Of a stretch of 64,000 nt of DNA, positions 55,522 through 64,000 are shown piece by piece. Within the stretch, counting starts at the first letter, position 1, and every line of letters starts with the position of its first letter. The DNA lies in NCBI GenBank assembly GCA_001002325.1, contig LCNZ01000006.1, positions 130-64,129 on the forward strand, given 5' to 3'. The notes under the pieces were generated by a model. It made no database searches. It was given only the letters and a program-made list of their open reading frames with translations, and was not told the DNA's origin. The translations under genes and the position numbers were made by a program. Origin of the DNA: Candidatus Amesbacteria bacterium GW2011_GWB1_47_19 (GTDB lineage: Bacteria > Patescibacteriota > Microgenomatia > CAZETR01 > Amesbacteraceae).

Positions 55522-56233
55522 ATTTACCTTTGGGTGTATCTTTGGTTAATTTACCGTTTTCCAATGTAATCACCCGCAACCCATAACGGTTGACGATATC
55601 CGCGTTGTGGGTGGCCATAATTACCGTTGTTTTCAGCTCTGAATGGATATCTTTTAAAAGCGAGACAATGCTCCGGGCAGTTTTAGGATCCAGATTTCCG
55701 GTGGGCTCATCCGCCAAAAGCAGTTTGGGTTTGCCGACTATTGCCCTGGCAATGGCTACCCGTTGGAGTTCACCTCCGGATAGTTGACTGGGAAAAAGTG
55801 AACTGCGGTCGGACAGACCAACCATCTGCAAAGCAATCTTGACCGCTGCAAAAACATCACCTGGTTTGGCAAACCTAACCTCAAGTGGCAGGGAGACATT
55901 TTCCCAAACACTGCGGTCCGGGAGAAGCTTGAAGTCCTGAAAAATCGGTCCCAAATGACGGCGATAATGAGGCAGATCCCGGGTGGAAAGTCTGGACAGA
56001 TGGTGGCCGTCAACAACCAATTCCCCGGAATTCGGCTTCAGATCGCGTAGAATCAGACGAAATATGGTAGTTTTTCCAGATCCGGAGGCTCCGGTTAAGA
56101 AAACAAATTCACCCGCATCAACAGAGAAGGAGACGTCACCCAAAGCTGTGATATTTCCGAATTTCTTGGTGACATTACGGGCAGTTACCATGTCTAGTCC
56201 AAAATTTTGACGCGACCTACGTCCATTAGCCAA
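55514..56233 (-). CDS. ftsE: cell division ABC ATPase FtsE
   Basis: Walker A 'GASGSGKTT', signature 'LSGGELQRVAIARA', Walker B 'LLLADEPTGNLD'. It is paired with ftsX. The true start may be the Met at 56191. Confidence 0.85.
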   Translation of the reverse strand: MANGRRSRQNFGLDMVTARNVTKKFGNITALGDVSFSVDAGEFVFLTGASGSGKTTIFRLILRDLKPNSGELVVDGHHLSRLSTRDLPHYRRHLGPIFQDFKLLPDRSVWENVSLPLEVRFAKPGDVFAAVKIALQMVGLSDRSSLFPSQLSGGELQRVAIARAIVGKPKLLLADEPTGNLDPKTARSIVSLLKDIHSELKTTVIMATHNADIVNRYGLRVITLENGKLTKDTPKGKYE

Positions 56234-56634
56234 CCGACTTTTTGAGCTTTCATGGTTTCTCCCCAGACTTCTAATTTCTTACCTACAAATTCGTCCAAAT
56301 CAACGATTGAAGAAACCAGATAAGCTGTTTTGGAAGGCCCGCCCTCACGAATTAGTTTGTGTGTTCCCTCCCCGTTGAAACCGCCTAGTTCCAAAACTCC
56401 CTGGGCTGAATCACGAAAAGTCTTGGTGTCTGTGGAACCCACCTCCGTGGCAGATTTGACCATCCCCGCGGAAGTATCGGATGGGGCTGACGGCCGACGG
56501 CCGCGCTGCAGGAAAAAACCCGTACCTATACCGGCCAAAACAATGATCAATCCGGTGATAATCAGGGGTAATTTAGCGGATTTTTTTGGTGCCGGTTCGA
56601 GAGGGGAAACCAGGCCGGGGACAGGCTGATCCAT
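56194..56634 (-). CDS. single-pass membrane protein, hypothetical
   Basis: 146 aa with one TM ('LPLIITGLIIVLAGIGTGFFL') and a C-terminal soluble domain. Confidence 0.45.
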   Translation of the reverse strand: MDQPVPGLVSPLEPAPKKSAKLPLIITGLIIVLAGIGTGFFLQRGRRPSAPSDTSAGMVKSATEVGSTDTKTFRDSAQGVLELGGFNGEGTHKLIREGGPSKTAYLVSSIVDLDEFVGKKLEVWGETMKAQKVGWLMDVGRVKILD

Positions 56635-56647
56635 GGAGATCAGTATA

Positions 56648-57727
56648 TCATATGTTGAGATACCTGACTTCCGATTCTATGAATTCGTCCAGGTCCCCGT
56701 CCAGGACCGCAAATGCCGCTGAAGTTTCGGTTCCCGTACGCAAATCTTTGACCATTTTGTAAGGATGCAAAACATAGGATCGGATCTGATTACCCCAGGA
56801 AGCGGCTTTGTAAATTCCTTTCAATTCTTTTTGGGCGTCAGTTTTTTCCTGAAGTTTGAGGGCCCAAAGTTTGGATTTTAACAACGCCAGAGCAATTTTC
56901 CGGTTTTGTTCCTGATAACGCTGGGTCTGGCAGGCTACGGTCATACCGGTAGGTTTGTGGGTAAGCCGGACTGCTGTGGATACCTTGTTGACGTTCTGGC
57001 CACCATGACCTGTTGCCCGGTAAGCTTCGAACTCAATGTCGTCGGGGGAAATTTCTATTTCCGCATTGGTTTCCGGCAATTCGGGTAAAATTTCCACCAG
57101 AGCAAATGACGTCTGACGCAAATTGTCGGCATTAAACGGAGACTGGCGCACCAAACGATGAGTACCTTTTTCACCTGACAAATATCCATATGCATACGGA
57201 CCTGAAACGGTAAACGTTACTGATTTGAATCCGGTTTCTTCCCCGGGAATCTGTTCCACAACCTCCGTATCCCAGCCCCGCTTTTCGCAAAACCTTAGAT
57301 ACATCCGTAGCAGCATTGCCACCCAATCCATGGCTTCGACACCGCCCTGACCGGCATGGATGGATACTATGGCGTTATTTATATCGTACTTACCGCCAAG
57401 AAAGGTCCTGATTTCCACGAGACTCAGCCTGCGGTCAACTTTTTTGACTTCCTTTTCCAGATCGTTAATATCCGCCTGTAAATCCGCCAATCCGGACAAG
57501 TCTGAAATTTCTCCATCGAGGCGGGAAAGCTGGTCCTGCTGGTCTTTTAAATCAGACAGACGTTTCATGGCAGTTTTGGCGGCAGACGTGTCGGTCCAAA
57601 AATCCGGATCGGCGGTTTTGGTTTCCAGATCCCGGATCTGACCGGCTACAACTTCAGGATTTAATTTTATCCGGATCTGGTCCAGCCGGGACCGTAAATC
57701 AGTAATTTGGGTTTTAATATCGGCCAT
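56648..57727 (-). CDS. prfB: peptide chain release factor 2
   Basis: The GGQ motif ('[20 protein letters not shown]') and the 'SPF' tripeptide identify RF2. It is encoded in a single frame with no programmed +1 frameshift. Confidence 0.85.
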   Translation of the reverse strand: MADIKTQITDLRSRLDQIRIKLNPEVVAGQIRDLETKTADPDFWTDTSAAKTAMKRLSDLKDQQDQLSRLDGEISDLSGLADLQADINDLEKEVKKVDRRLSLVEIRTFLGGKYDINNAIVSIHAGQGGVEAMDWVAMLLRMYLRFCEKRGWDTEVVEQIPGEETGFKSVTFTVSGPYAYGYLSGEKGTHRLVRQSPFNADNLRQTSFALVEILPELPETNAEIEISPDDIEFEAYRATGHGGQNVNKVSTAVRLTHKPTGMTVACQTQRYQEQNRKIALALLKSKLWALKLQEKTDAQKELKGIYKAASWGNQIRSYVLHPYKMVKDLRTGTETSAAFAVLDGDLDEFIESEVRYLNI

Positions 57728-57755
57728 GAGGAGATTATACCCGCCGGACAGTGAT

Positions 57756-58133
57756 TTACCTGCCGGAAGAAGTAGCCGGGGTGCAAAGCAGGGCTTTTAT
57801 CTGGTTAACCTGATCCGGAGGCAGATTCTGAATGACGTCGACGACGGTATTGAGGCTGTCGTTGGTAATTTTTACACCCAGAACCACCGGAGAGTTGCGG
57901 TCCGGATGGGTGACCAGTGAATCCAGAGCGGAACTCAAATTACGGCTGACGGATCCCATATTTACATTTTTTATTTTTGACAATGCTTCCCGGTTTAAAG
58001 AAGAAGCAACCCATAAAGTCAGGTTGCGGGCTGAAGGCAGCCGAACCTGACCGGTGCGGCGCCAGGAGACGAGAGTGAATACACCGACAACCACCGCGGC
58101 GATAATTCCAACCTTGAGCAGGAAACCAAACAT
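57756..58133 (-). CDS. N-terminally membrane-anchored hypothetical protein
   Basis: 125 aa. One N-terminal TM, then a soluble domain. Confidence 0.4.
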   Translation of the reverse strand: MFGFLLKVGIIAAVVVGVFTLVSWRRTGQVRLPSARNLTLWVASSLNREALSKIKNVNMGSVSRNLSSALDSLVTHPDRNSPVVLGVKITNDSLNTVVDVIQNLPPDQVNQIKALLCTPATSSGR

Positions 58134-58341
58134 ACGTCTAGGTTCTTGTGACTAGGTTATAGGTTCTAGGAGATAGAGTCAAATTCTGTCAACTGATATT
58201 TTCACTGATAAATTTGTATATTACCACTGTTCCAGCCCCAGGTCAGAATCTCTTAGTATACGCATATCGTTTGAGCTTGGTGATAAGACTAGCATTGTGG
58301 AAAGGCAAAACGAAGGGATCAATCAGCATTTGCCAATTTTA

Positions 58342-58887
58342 TCACCGGGGTTTGAGGTGGGGGGAGGCAGCGGCTATAACGGATGCCAGACGGTGGCGGG
58401 CCCGGTAGAGGCGGCCTTCGATTTTACGCGGGGATAGGTTCAGACGGAGGCTAATTTCCCGATTAGATAACTGCTGATAATACTTGAGATGCAACAACCG
58501 GCGATAATCTTCCGGCAACAAATTAAGACTACGGTTGACATCATTACGTAACTCCTCCAGAACCAGTCTTTCCTCCGAAGTCAGAGCGGGGTCGATAAGG
58601 GTGTTAAACTGAGCAATGGTGGGGATTACTATACGGGAATTTTGATGAACTTGCTGACGATAATAATCGGCGAGTTTATTGAGGGCGATTTTACATAACC
58701 AGGTAAAATATGTACTCTTGTGGTGAAAAGTGTGAAATGAAGTGTAAGCAGAAACAAACGTGTCCTGGAGAACCTGCTCGGCTGCTGCCAGATTTCCTCC
58801 GTTTCTTTTGAGAACCAACTTGAGGATGCGTTGACCGAAGACCCGGTAGAGATAGGTCAGCGTGGCGTGGGATTTATTGTCACTCAC
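58342..58887 (-). CDS. ECF-subfamily RNA polymerase sigma-70 factor
   Basis: Region 2 'AEQVLQDTFVSAYTSFHTF..YFTWLCKIALNKLADYYR' and region 4 'LLPEDYRRLLHLKYYQQLSNREISLRLNLSPRKIEGRLYRARHRL'. It appears to start at the GTG at 58887, with an in-frame stop two codons upstream and TATAAT 10 nt upstream. Confidence 0.75.
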   Translation of the reverse strand: MSDNKSHATLTYLYRVFGQRILKLVLKRNGGNLAAAEQVLQDTFVSAYTSFHTFHHKSTYFTWLCKIALNKLADYYRQQVHQNSRIVIPTIAQFNTLIDPALTSEERLVLEELRNDVNRSLNLLPEDYRRLLHLKYYQQLSNREISLRLNLSPRKIEGRLYRARHRLASVIAAASPHLKPR

Positions 58888-59028
58888 CGTCTAATGATTA
58901 TATGGCGTTATTCAGAGGAGAATCAACTGTTAAAAGGCCGGAGTTCCAATACATTACCGGTAATCAGATTTCCCCGGAGACACAGAAACAAATAGCGCGA
59001 ATTGCATTGGCACTATACATCGCAGAAT

Positions 59029-59619
59029 CTAAACAAGTTCAAAAAGACGGGAAACTTCCGCCCAGTTAACGACATTCCACCAGGCGGTGATGTAATCCGC
59101 CCGGCGGTTTTGGTATTTGAGATAGTACGCGTGTTCCCAAACGTCAAGCGCCAGTACCGGCACTTTCCCCAGGGACAAAGGTGAATCCTGGTTCGGGGTA
59201 TTTATAATATCCATTTTGCCGTCGGCAACAACCAGCCATGCCCAACCGCTGCCAAACTGACCCAATGCCCGAGTGGAAAATTTTCCTTTGAAGTTATCGA
59301 AACTTCCGAATACGGAATTTATGGCAGTCAAAATTTTTCCTGCAGGCGAGCCGGGTTTTGGGGTCATTAAGGGCCAGAATAAGGAATGGTTGGCGTGTCC
59401 ACCACCCATATTTCGGACTTTGGTGCGAATAGTTTCGGGTAAAGCATTCAGTTTTTGTAAGATAACAGTCAGGTCAGATTCAGACTTGTCGGGAAGAGCT
59501 TCGGAAAGACCTTTGACATAGGCGGCATGATGTTTGGAGTGGTGGATTTCCATAGTTTGAGCGTCGATATAGGGCTCGAGAGCTGAAACCGAGTAGGGCA
59601 GTTTCGGAAGTGTAAACAT
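59029..59619 (-). CDS. Fe/Mn-family superoxide dismutase
   Basis: '[15 protein letters not shown]' and '[21 protein letters not shown]' metal-ligand motifs. Confidence 0.9.
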   Translation of the reverse strand: MFTLPKLPYSVSALEPYIDAQTMEIHHSKHHAAYVKGLSEALPDKSESDLTVILQKLNALPETIRTKVRNMGGGHANHSLFWPLMTPKPGSPAGKILTAINSVFGSFDNFKGKFSTRALGQFGSGWAWLVVADGKMDIINTPNQDSPLSLGKVPVLALDVWEHAYYLKYQNRRADYITAWWNVVNWAEVSRLFELV

Positions 59620-59639
59620 AGTCCCAATATATTACCGGG

Positions 59640-62081
59640 CTAGGTCAAGGGTTGCAAGAGATATTCTCCTGTCCCCGGCCCGGCTGTAAGTAGTGTCTTG
59701 TCTCCGGGTTTGAGGGTACCGGACAGAATCGCTTTACCAAACAGATCACCCAGAGTAATGTCCACTATCCGGCGCATGGGTCTGGCTCCCAGCTCGGGTT
59801 GGTAACCTTCACGGGCGAGTTTGGCTAAAGCCTGAGGAGAGTCTTCCAATACAATGTTTTTTTGCAGAAGATTGGCTTTGAGTTCATCCAAAAGCAGGCC
59901 GGCGATCAGGATCAGCTGATCTTCCGTCAGGGGTTCATAAACCACCACTCCGTCGAAACGATTAAGAAACTCCGGCGAAAAAATACCCCGGGTCTGGATG
60001 TATTCCAGAACCTGTTTCTGTAAAGGTTCGCCTGAAACCTGATTTTTGACCTGCCGGCGGATGAATTCCGCACCGGCATTGGAGGTGGCTATGACAAATA
60101 AATGCCGACAATCGATTTTTTTGCCGAACGCATCGGAAATACTGCCTTCGTCGAGAAGCGACAGAAACAGGTTATATACGTCCGGTGGAGCTTTTTCGAT
60201 TTCATCCAGCAAAAGCAGGCTGGCCGGACGATTGATTATGGCTGTGGTCAATAGGCCGGGTTGATTTTGGGCTACTGAGCCGATTAAACGGGCGACTCCC
60301 TCGGTCCCGGAAAATTCCGCCATATCGAAACGGATGATTTGCTTGTGACTACCGTAATATATTTTGGCCAGGGTTTTGGCGGTTTCGGTTTTACCCACAC
60401 CAGTGGGACCCAAAAATAGAAATGAGCCGATAGGCCGGGTGTCATCCTTTGTGCCTATAGTCCTGGCCCGCAATGTTTTGGCGATCAAGGAAACTGCCGG
60501 GTCCTGACCCACCAGGCGGGAATGTAAAACTTCTTCCAGATTACCCAACAAATCCTTTTCTTTTTGGGTAAGACGAGCCAAAGAGATTCCGGTTTTTTCC
60601 GATAAGACGGCATTAACAGTATCTTTGTCCATGAAGTATTTGTTGTTGCTCTCCAGATAGACGATGACATGATCCAATAATTCCAGGGCTTTTTCGGGGA
60701 ACGGAGTATCGGTGACGTAACGATCACTGCCATCAAGAATCGCTCTGATAGCCTGGACGGAAATAAGGACATGCTTTTGTTTTTCCCAGTCGGCTGAGGA
60801 TTCAAACAAAATTTGCAGGGCGGTATCTTTGCCGGGAGCGGTGGCTTCTATGGTTTCAAAATATTTCCGTAAACGGGAATTGACAGCTAAAAACCGTTCA
60901 TAATCAACCTGGGCAGATATGGCGATGATAAGCAATTTACGTTTTTCCAGATATTTATCCAGCACGTCCGTGAAATCCATGCCCTCGACGGCAGAATTGG
61001 TGATGCGGTGCAGATCTTTGACTACCAGAATTACATTTCCGGCGGCCGCTGCCTCCTGAAGCAAAAGCGAGAATTTAGCTTTTTTCTGATTGAGGTCAAT
61101 GCTTTCCGACAGCAGGAAATTGAAATCCAATTCCAATACTCTTTTGTATACCATCCGGGGGCCCAACTCTCCGGACATAGCCCGACGGGCAAATTCCAGA
61201 ATAATGGTTTTTTTACCCACTCCCGGCAGGCCGGTCAAAATTACGCTCTGACCGGAAGTCAGGCTGCGTTCGATCCGGGAAACTAGTTCCTGGCGACCGA
61301 TCAGATGGTGGGAAAACTGCCGGTTTACGGACAGATCTTCTGAAATTTGGTTCAGCTGCGGAGTATACCCGTAAAGCAGCTCCAATCCGACTCCCGGCCG
61401 ACCGTACCGTAAGGGAACAGGGTTACCGGGTAAATTCAGAAAATCCCACCAGGAAGCCCCGGTCTTTATATCTTCAAAATCCGTTCCCAAAGAGCGGAGA
61501 TGCTGTTCGTCCCAAACGCCGGCATTGATGAAGGAAGAAATAATATCAATCAGTGAGGCGGGGGAAAACGCGGTCAGATCCGGTTTGTTTCCGGCCAGCT
61601 GATCGGGATCCAGACCTAAATGAAACAATAGGAATTTTCCGGGAACCGTTGTCCACAACTCCTGAACCGGGGAAGCGGACTCGCGCAGCCGGATGGCCAG
61701 ATTTTTGAAAAACCGGGGGCCAAAACGGTCCGTAAGATAGTAATAAGGCAGGCCGATGGCCGGCAGGCAAATCCAGCAGATCAAGCCTGCGATACCGGCA
61801 AAAAACACCGGGATCAGCAGCAAAGTCCCACAGATAAACAAGAACAACCGCACGATGGCTCCGATACAGCGGGAAATCAGGTTAAAGGTCAGCTGGCGGA
61901 AAAATACGTCGGGACGGAAACCTATATAAGCTTCCTCGTCTAAAAGTCTTTTGTACGGGGAAAATAACGTAGGTAACAACAGGGGCAGGGAAAAATAATG
62001 CACAACCCAACCCATCAGGAAAACCCAGCGGGAAAGGTAAAGCCTGAGACCGGAAGAATAGTGCCAGAAAAGGTATTCCAT
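59640..62081 (-). CDS. membrane-anchored Clp/Hsp100-like double AAA+ ATPase (ClpA/B/C D2-type C-terminal domain, N-domain replaced by TM helices)
   Basis: The N-terminal ~130 aa are hydrophobic with 3-4 TM helices. AAA-1 has Walker A 'GLPGVGKKT'. AAA-2 has 'FLGPTGVGKTETAKTLA', 'LLLDEIEKA' and the sensor-2 'GARPMRR' typical of Clp D2 domains. Confidence 0.7.
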   Translation of the reverse strand: MEYLFWHYSSGLRLYLSRWVFLMGWVVHYFSLPLLLPTLFSPYKRLLDEEAYIGFRPDVFFRQLTFNLISRCIGAIVRLFLFICGTLLLIPVFFAGIAGLICWICLPAIGLPYYYLTDRFGPRFFKNLAIRLRESASPVQELWTTVPGKFLLFHLGLDPDQLAGNKPDLTAFSPASLIDIISSFINAGVWDEQHLRSLGTDFEDIKTGASWWDFLNLPGNPVPLRYGRPGVGLELLYGYTPQLNQISEDLSVNRQFSHHLIGRQELVSRIERSLTSGQSVILTGLPGVGKKTIILEFARRAMSGELGPRMVYKRVLELDFNFLLSESIDLNQKKAKFSLLLQEAAAAGNVILVVKDLHRITNSAVEGMDFTDVLDKYLEKRKLLIIAISAQVDYERFLAVNSRLRKYFETIEATAPGKDTALQILFESSADWEKQKHVLISVQAIRAILDGSDRYVTDTPFPEKALELLDHVIVYLESNNKYFMDKDTVNAVLSEKTGISLARLTQKEKDLLGNLEEVLHSRLVGQDPAVSLIAKTLRARTIGTKDDTRPIGSFLFLGPTGVGKTETAKTLAKIYYGSHKQIIRFDMAEFSGTEGVARLIGSVAQNQPGLLTTAIINRPASLLLLDEIEKAPPDVYNLFLSLLDEGSISDAFGKKIDCRHLFVIATSNAGAEFIRRQVKNQVSGEPLQKQVLEYIQTRGIFSPEFLNRFDGVVVYEPLTEDQLILIAGLLLDELKANLLQKNIVLEDSPQALAKLAREGYQPELGARPMRRIVDITLGDLFGKAILSGTLKPGDKTLLTAGPGTGEYLLQPLT

Positions 62082-62095
62082 TCCTTAAAATGATA

Positions 62096-63136
62096 TCACA
62101 GGGGAGAGGCAAAAATTTCCCGGGTTTTGACCGCAAAAAGCGGATAGAAAAAGGGGGATACCTGCAGCATTAACCGGTCGGCCGTGGAGGAAACATAACC
62201 TGCGGTGGAAATGGTGGAAAATAAATAATTGATGAAAAAAAGTCCCGTAACGGATAATAATACCCGGTTGGTGATTCGCAAATAATCCCGTGAGTTTGAG
62301 GTGTGAATCGGTAAAATAAGCCAGAACAGAGGCCAAAATATATACCAATTACGAAAGTTCAGCATATGCCTGAGGACTCCCTGAAAAATTATTACTGACC
62401 TGGATAACAGGACGGTAACGGAGGGCAAAAAAACAAAATAATCCGGAATGATACCAAACGAGCGCTGGGCCAGATACCAGGCAACAGCAGGCAAACCGAT
62501 CAGAATCAACCAACCCAGCCGGAATCTGAACCGGACGGGGATAAAAATAATTAATACAGCCAGAAAAGCGCCTTCGATTTTGATCTGAGAGGATACGATT
62601 ACCAGCAACGTCAGAAGCCAGCCCAAAAGTACGGGGCCGCGGCGGTATAAACGGAAAAAAAGAAGGATAGCCAGCCAGTAGAGAGCACAGATAATAATAT
62701 CGGCATTACCGGCGTGTTTTCGTCCGGCCTGGGCCAAAAGAGGTGACAACATGGAATAGATGTAAGTAAAAAATAACCCTGCCGGGCGTGAGAATTCTAA
62801 ATGCAGCAGTACCCGGTAAACCATAAGCAAAATTAGAGCATATACCAGCGGATATACCGCTAAAACCGCCATTTCCCGGTAACTTCCGGCTAACCGGAAA
62901 AGGTTAACGAATAAATACGGCAATAGCAGGGGGTACTGTGGATGGGAATAACTGTAAACGGGATTTGTTAAATCCGCCAGGGGAAAACCCTGATGCAGAT
63001 ACCAGGCTTTGGCTTTGAACATCCAGATACCATAAACATCAACGCTGTTTAGGGGGTAGCTTCTGACTCCGGAAATGACATATGCCAGGTTAATACCCAG
63101 CAAACACACCAATATTGCTGAAGCTATTTTGGACAT
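62096..63136 (-). CDS. polytopic membrane protein, possible GT-C-like
   Basis: 346 aa with about 10 TM helices. Confidence 0.35.
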   Translation of the reverse strand: MSKIASAILVCLLGINLAYVISGVRSYPLNSVDVYGIWMFKAKAWYLHQGFPLADLTNPVYSYSHPQYPLLLPYLFVNLFRLAGSYREMAVLAVYPLVYALILLMVYRVLLHLEFSRPAGLFFTYIYSMLSPLLAQAGRKHAGNADIIICALYWLAILLFFRLYRRGPVLLGWLLTLLVIVSSQIKIEGAFLAVLIIFIPVRFRFRLGWLILIGLPAVAWYLAQRSFGIIPDYFVFLPSVTVLLSRSVIIFQGVLRHMLNFRNWYIFWPLFWLILPIHTSNSRDYLRITNRVLLSVTGLFFINYLFSTISTAGYVSSTADRLMLQVSPFFYPLFAVKTREIFASPL

Positions 63137-63339
63137 ACGACTCCCAGACTGCGGTAGTAATATAATTGTCGGTCTTCCCCGTCAAGCTGGTCGGGATTTG
63201 AACTGCAGGGGATGACTTCGGAATGATACACCGGCGGGGGAGAAGTAAATTCCCGGTAAGTCCTGAAAACATATTGGGCTGAACGCAGAAACAGCACTCC
63301 GACCCAGATTAAAAATAAAAACCGGTAGAGATTTCGCAT
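63124..63339 (-). CDS. possible small membrane protein (uncertain)
   Basis: A 71-aa ORF that exactly fills the gap between FKBP and the downstream gene. It has one hydrophobic segment. Confidence 0.2.
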   Translation of the reverse strand: MRNLYRFLFLIWVGVLFLRSAQYVFRTYREFTSPPPVYHSEVIPCSSNPDQLDGEDRQLYYYRSLGVVCPK

Positions 63340-63840
63340 TTACTGCCCTGATTCTACTCCCATCAGTTCTACGGTAAAGATGAGGGTGGAGTCGGGAGGA
63401 ATTACTCCGGGAACCCCGCCGGAGCCATAAGCCAATTCCGGAGGGATAGTCAGCCGGCGTTTGCCCCCGACCTGCATCCCGGAAACTCCCAGTTCCCAAC
63501 CGGGAATGACCTGGCGGGCGCCGAGTTTGAAAGAAAACGGAACGCCCCGGCCATAGGAGCTGTCAAACTGGGTGCCGTCGGTGAGGGTACCGGAGTAATG
63601 GACGGTTACAGACGCACCCGGGGTGGCGGTTGCCCCGGTTCCGGTAACCAGATCTTCAAACCTGAGCTGTATTCCCGGGGTGGATGTGGGTGTGGTATTC
63701 ATATTTGTTTCAAGACCGGCATCAATAGCCGGTGTGGGAGCAGGTAGAGTGGTTTTGCCCCCGGGTGCCAGCCTGATGAGGACAAAAACCGCCGGAACAG
63801 CCAACAGAAGTACTATAACAACCATCAGCCAATTTTTCAT
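63340..63840 (-). CDS. FKBP-type peptidyl-prolyl cis-trans isomerase, N-terminally membrane-anchored
   Basis: 'VTVHYSGTLTDGTQFDSSYGRGVPFSFKLGARQVIPGWELGVSGMQVGGKRRLTIPPELAYG' is the FKBP domain signature. Confidence 0.85.
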   Translation of the reverse strand: MKNWLMVVIVLLLAVPAVFVLIRLAPGGKTTLPAPTPAIDAGLETNMNTTPTSTPGIQLRFEDLVTGTGATATPGASVTVHYSGTLTDGTQFDSSYGRGVPFSFKLGARQVIPGWELGVSGMQVGGKRRLTIPPELAYGSGGVPGVIPPDSTLIFTVELMGVESGQ

Positions 63841-63864
63841 ATACTTTAGAATTTTATCAGAAGA

Positions 63865-64000
63865 TTATTCGGGGCGGGTGCGGTAGATGAAGAGGACCGG
63901 AACACCGTTGATATCCGTAACCTGATCCACTAGCTGCAGGTGATGTTCGGCAACCTGGCCGGGAGAAACCGCTAGCTGGTCGCCTATAAGGAACTGGTTC
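63865..64000 (-). CDS. 3' end of an unidentified gene (5' part beyond the window)
   Basis: An open frame runs into the window edge and ends at the TAA at 63865-63867 ('...LVDQVTDINGVPVLFIYRTRPE*'). Confidence 0.3.
   Translation of the reverse strand, partial: NQFLIGDQLAVSPGQVAEHHLQLVDQVTDINGVPVLFIYRTRPE

Noticed and set aside
56648-57727. Possible programmed +1 frameshift in prfB
   Set aside because: The whole RF2 sequence, including the N-terminus, is in one uninterrupted frame. No internal in-frame stop or CUU-UGA-C site was seen.
58921-58950. 'GGAACT'-like ECF -35 element upstream of the sigma-factor gene (possible autoregulation)
   Set aside because: The spacing to a plausible -10 is poor, and a near-consensus TATAAT sits 10 nt upstream of the GTG start instead. 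Evidence is too weak.
1-64000. CRISPR arrays, rRNA or tRNA genes, integrase or phage structural genes
   Set aside because: No direct-repeat/spacer periodicity, no rRNA-like conserved stretches, and no tyrosine-recombinase or capsid-like ORFs were seen anywhere in the window.

Overview
The window is almost entirely coding, with most genes on the minus strand. It reads like one bacterium with a Gram-positive-type envelope, possibly a CPR/Patescibacteria-like lineage; that is an inference from gene content only. Three themes dominate. (1) A very large cell-envelope glycosylation island, roughly 0-28.5 kb and 41-52 kb. It holds at least 11 GT2 and several GT4 glycosyltransferases, about 12 polytopic GT-C-fold membrane proteins (YfhO/PF10131/ArnT-PMT-like), a Wzx-like flippase, Dpm1/GtrB-like polyprenol-phosphate sugar synthases, a PIG-L deacetylase and a FemAB/GNAT-like protein. 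Several are unusual fusions: GT2+GT-C, GtrB+GtrA, GT2+GT4, and a 1333-aa GT2+MOP-flippase-like+GT4 protein. (2) A surface-protein locus at 31.4-40.1 kb. It has two sortases, a fibronectin-III-like protein carrying a tripartite sorting signal, and five signal-peptide proteins built from a shared ~73-aa Asn/Thr/Gly-rich repeat module with a conserved Asp/Asn loop and a terminal Cys pair. I do not recognise this module as a described family. The locus also shows near-identical intragenic DNA repeats and poly-G/poly-C tracts. (3) Housekeeping genes: trmD, thpR-like, prfB, ftsE/ftsX plus an M23 peptidase, an ECF-type sigma factor, Fe/Mn superoxide dismutase, an FKBP PPIase, and a membrane-anchored Clp-like double AAA+ ATPase. 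Two small selfish-element-like insertions are present. One is a RAYT/IS200-like HUH transposase flanked by REP-like direct repeats, sitting at the 3' end of a GT-C gene. The other is a DUF559 endonuclease-like gene bracketed by 53-nt imperfect palindromes immediately upstream of trmD. No rRNA, tRNA or CRISPR array was found.
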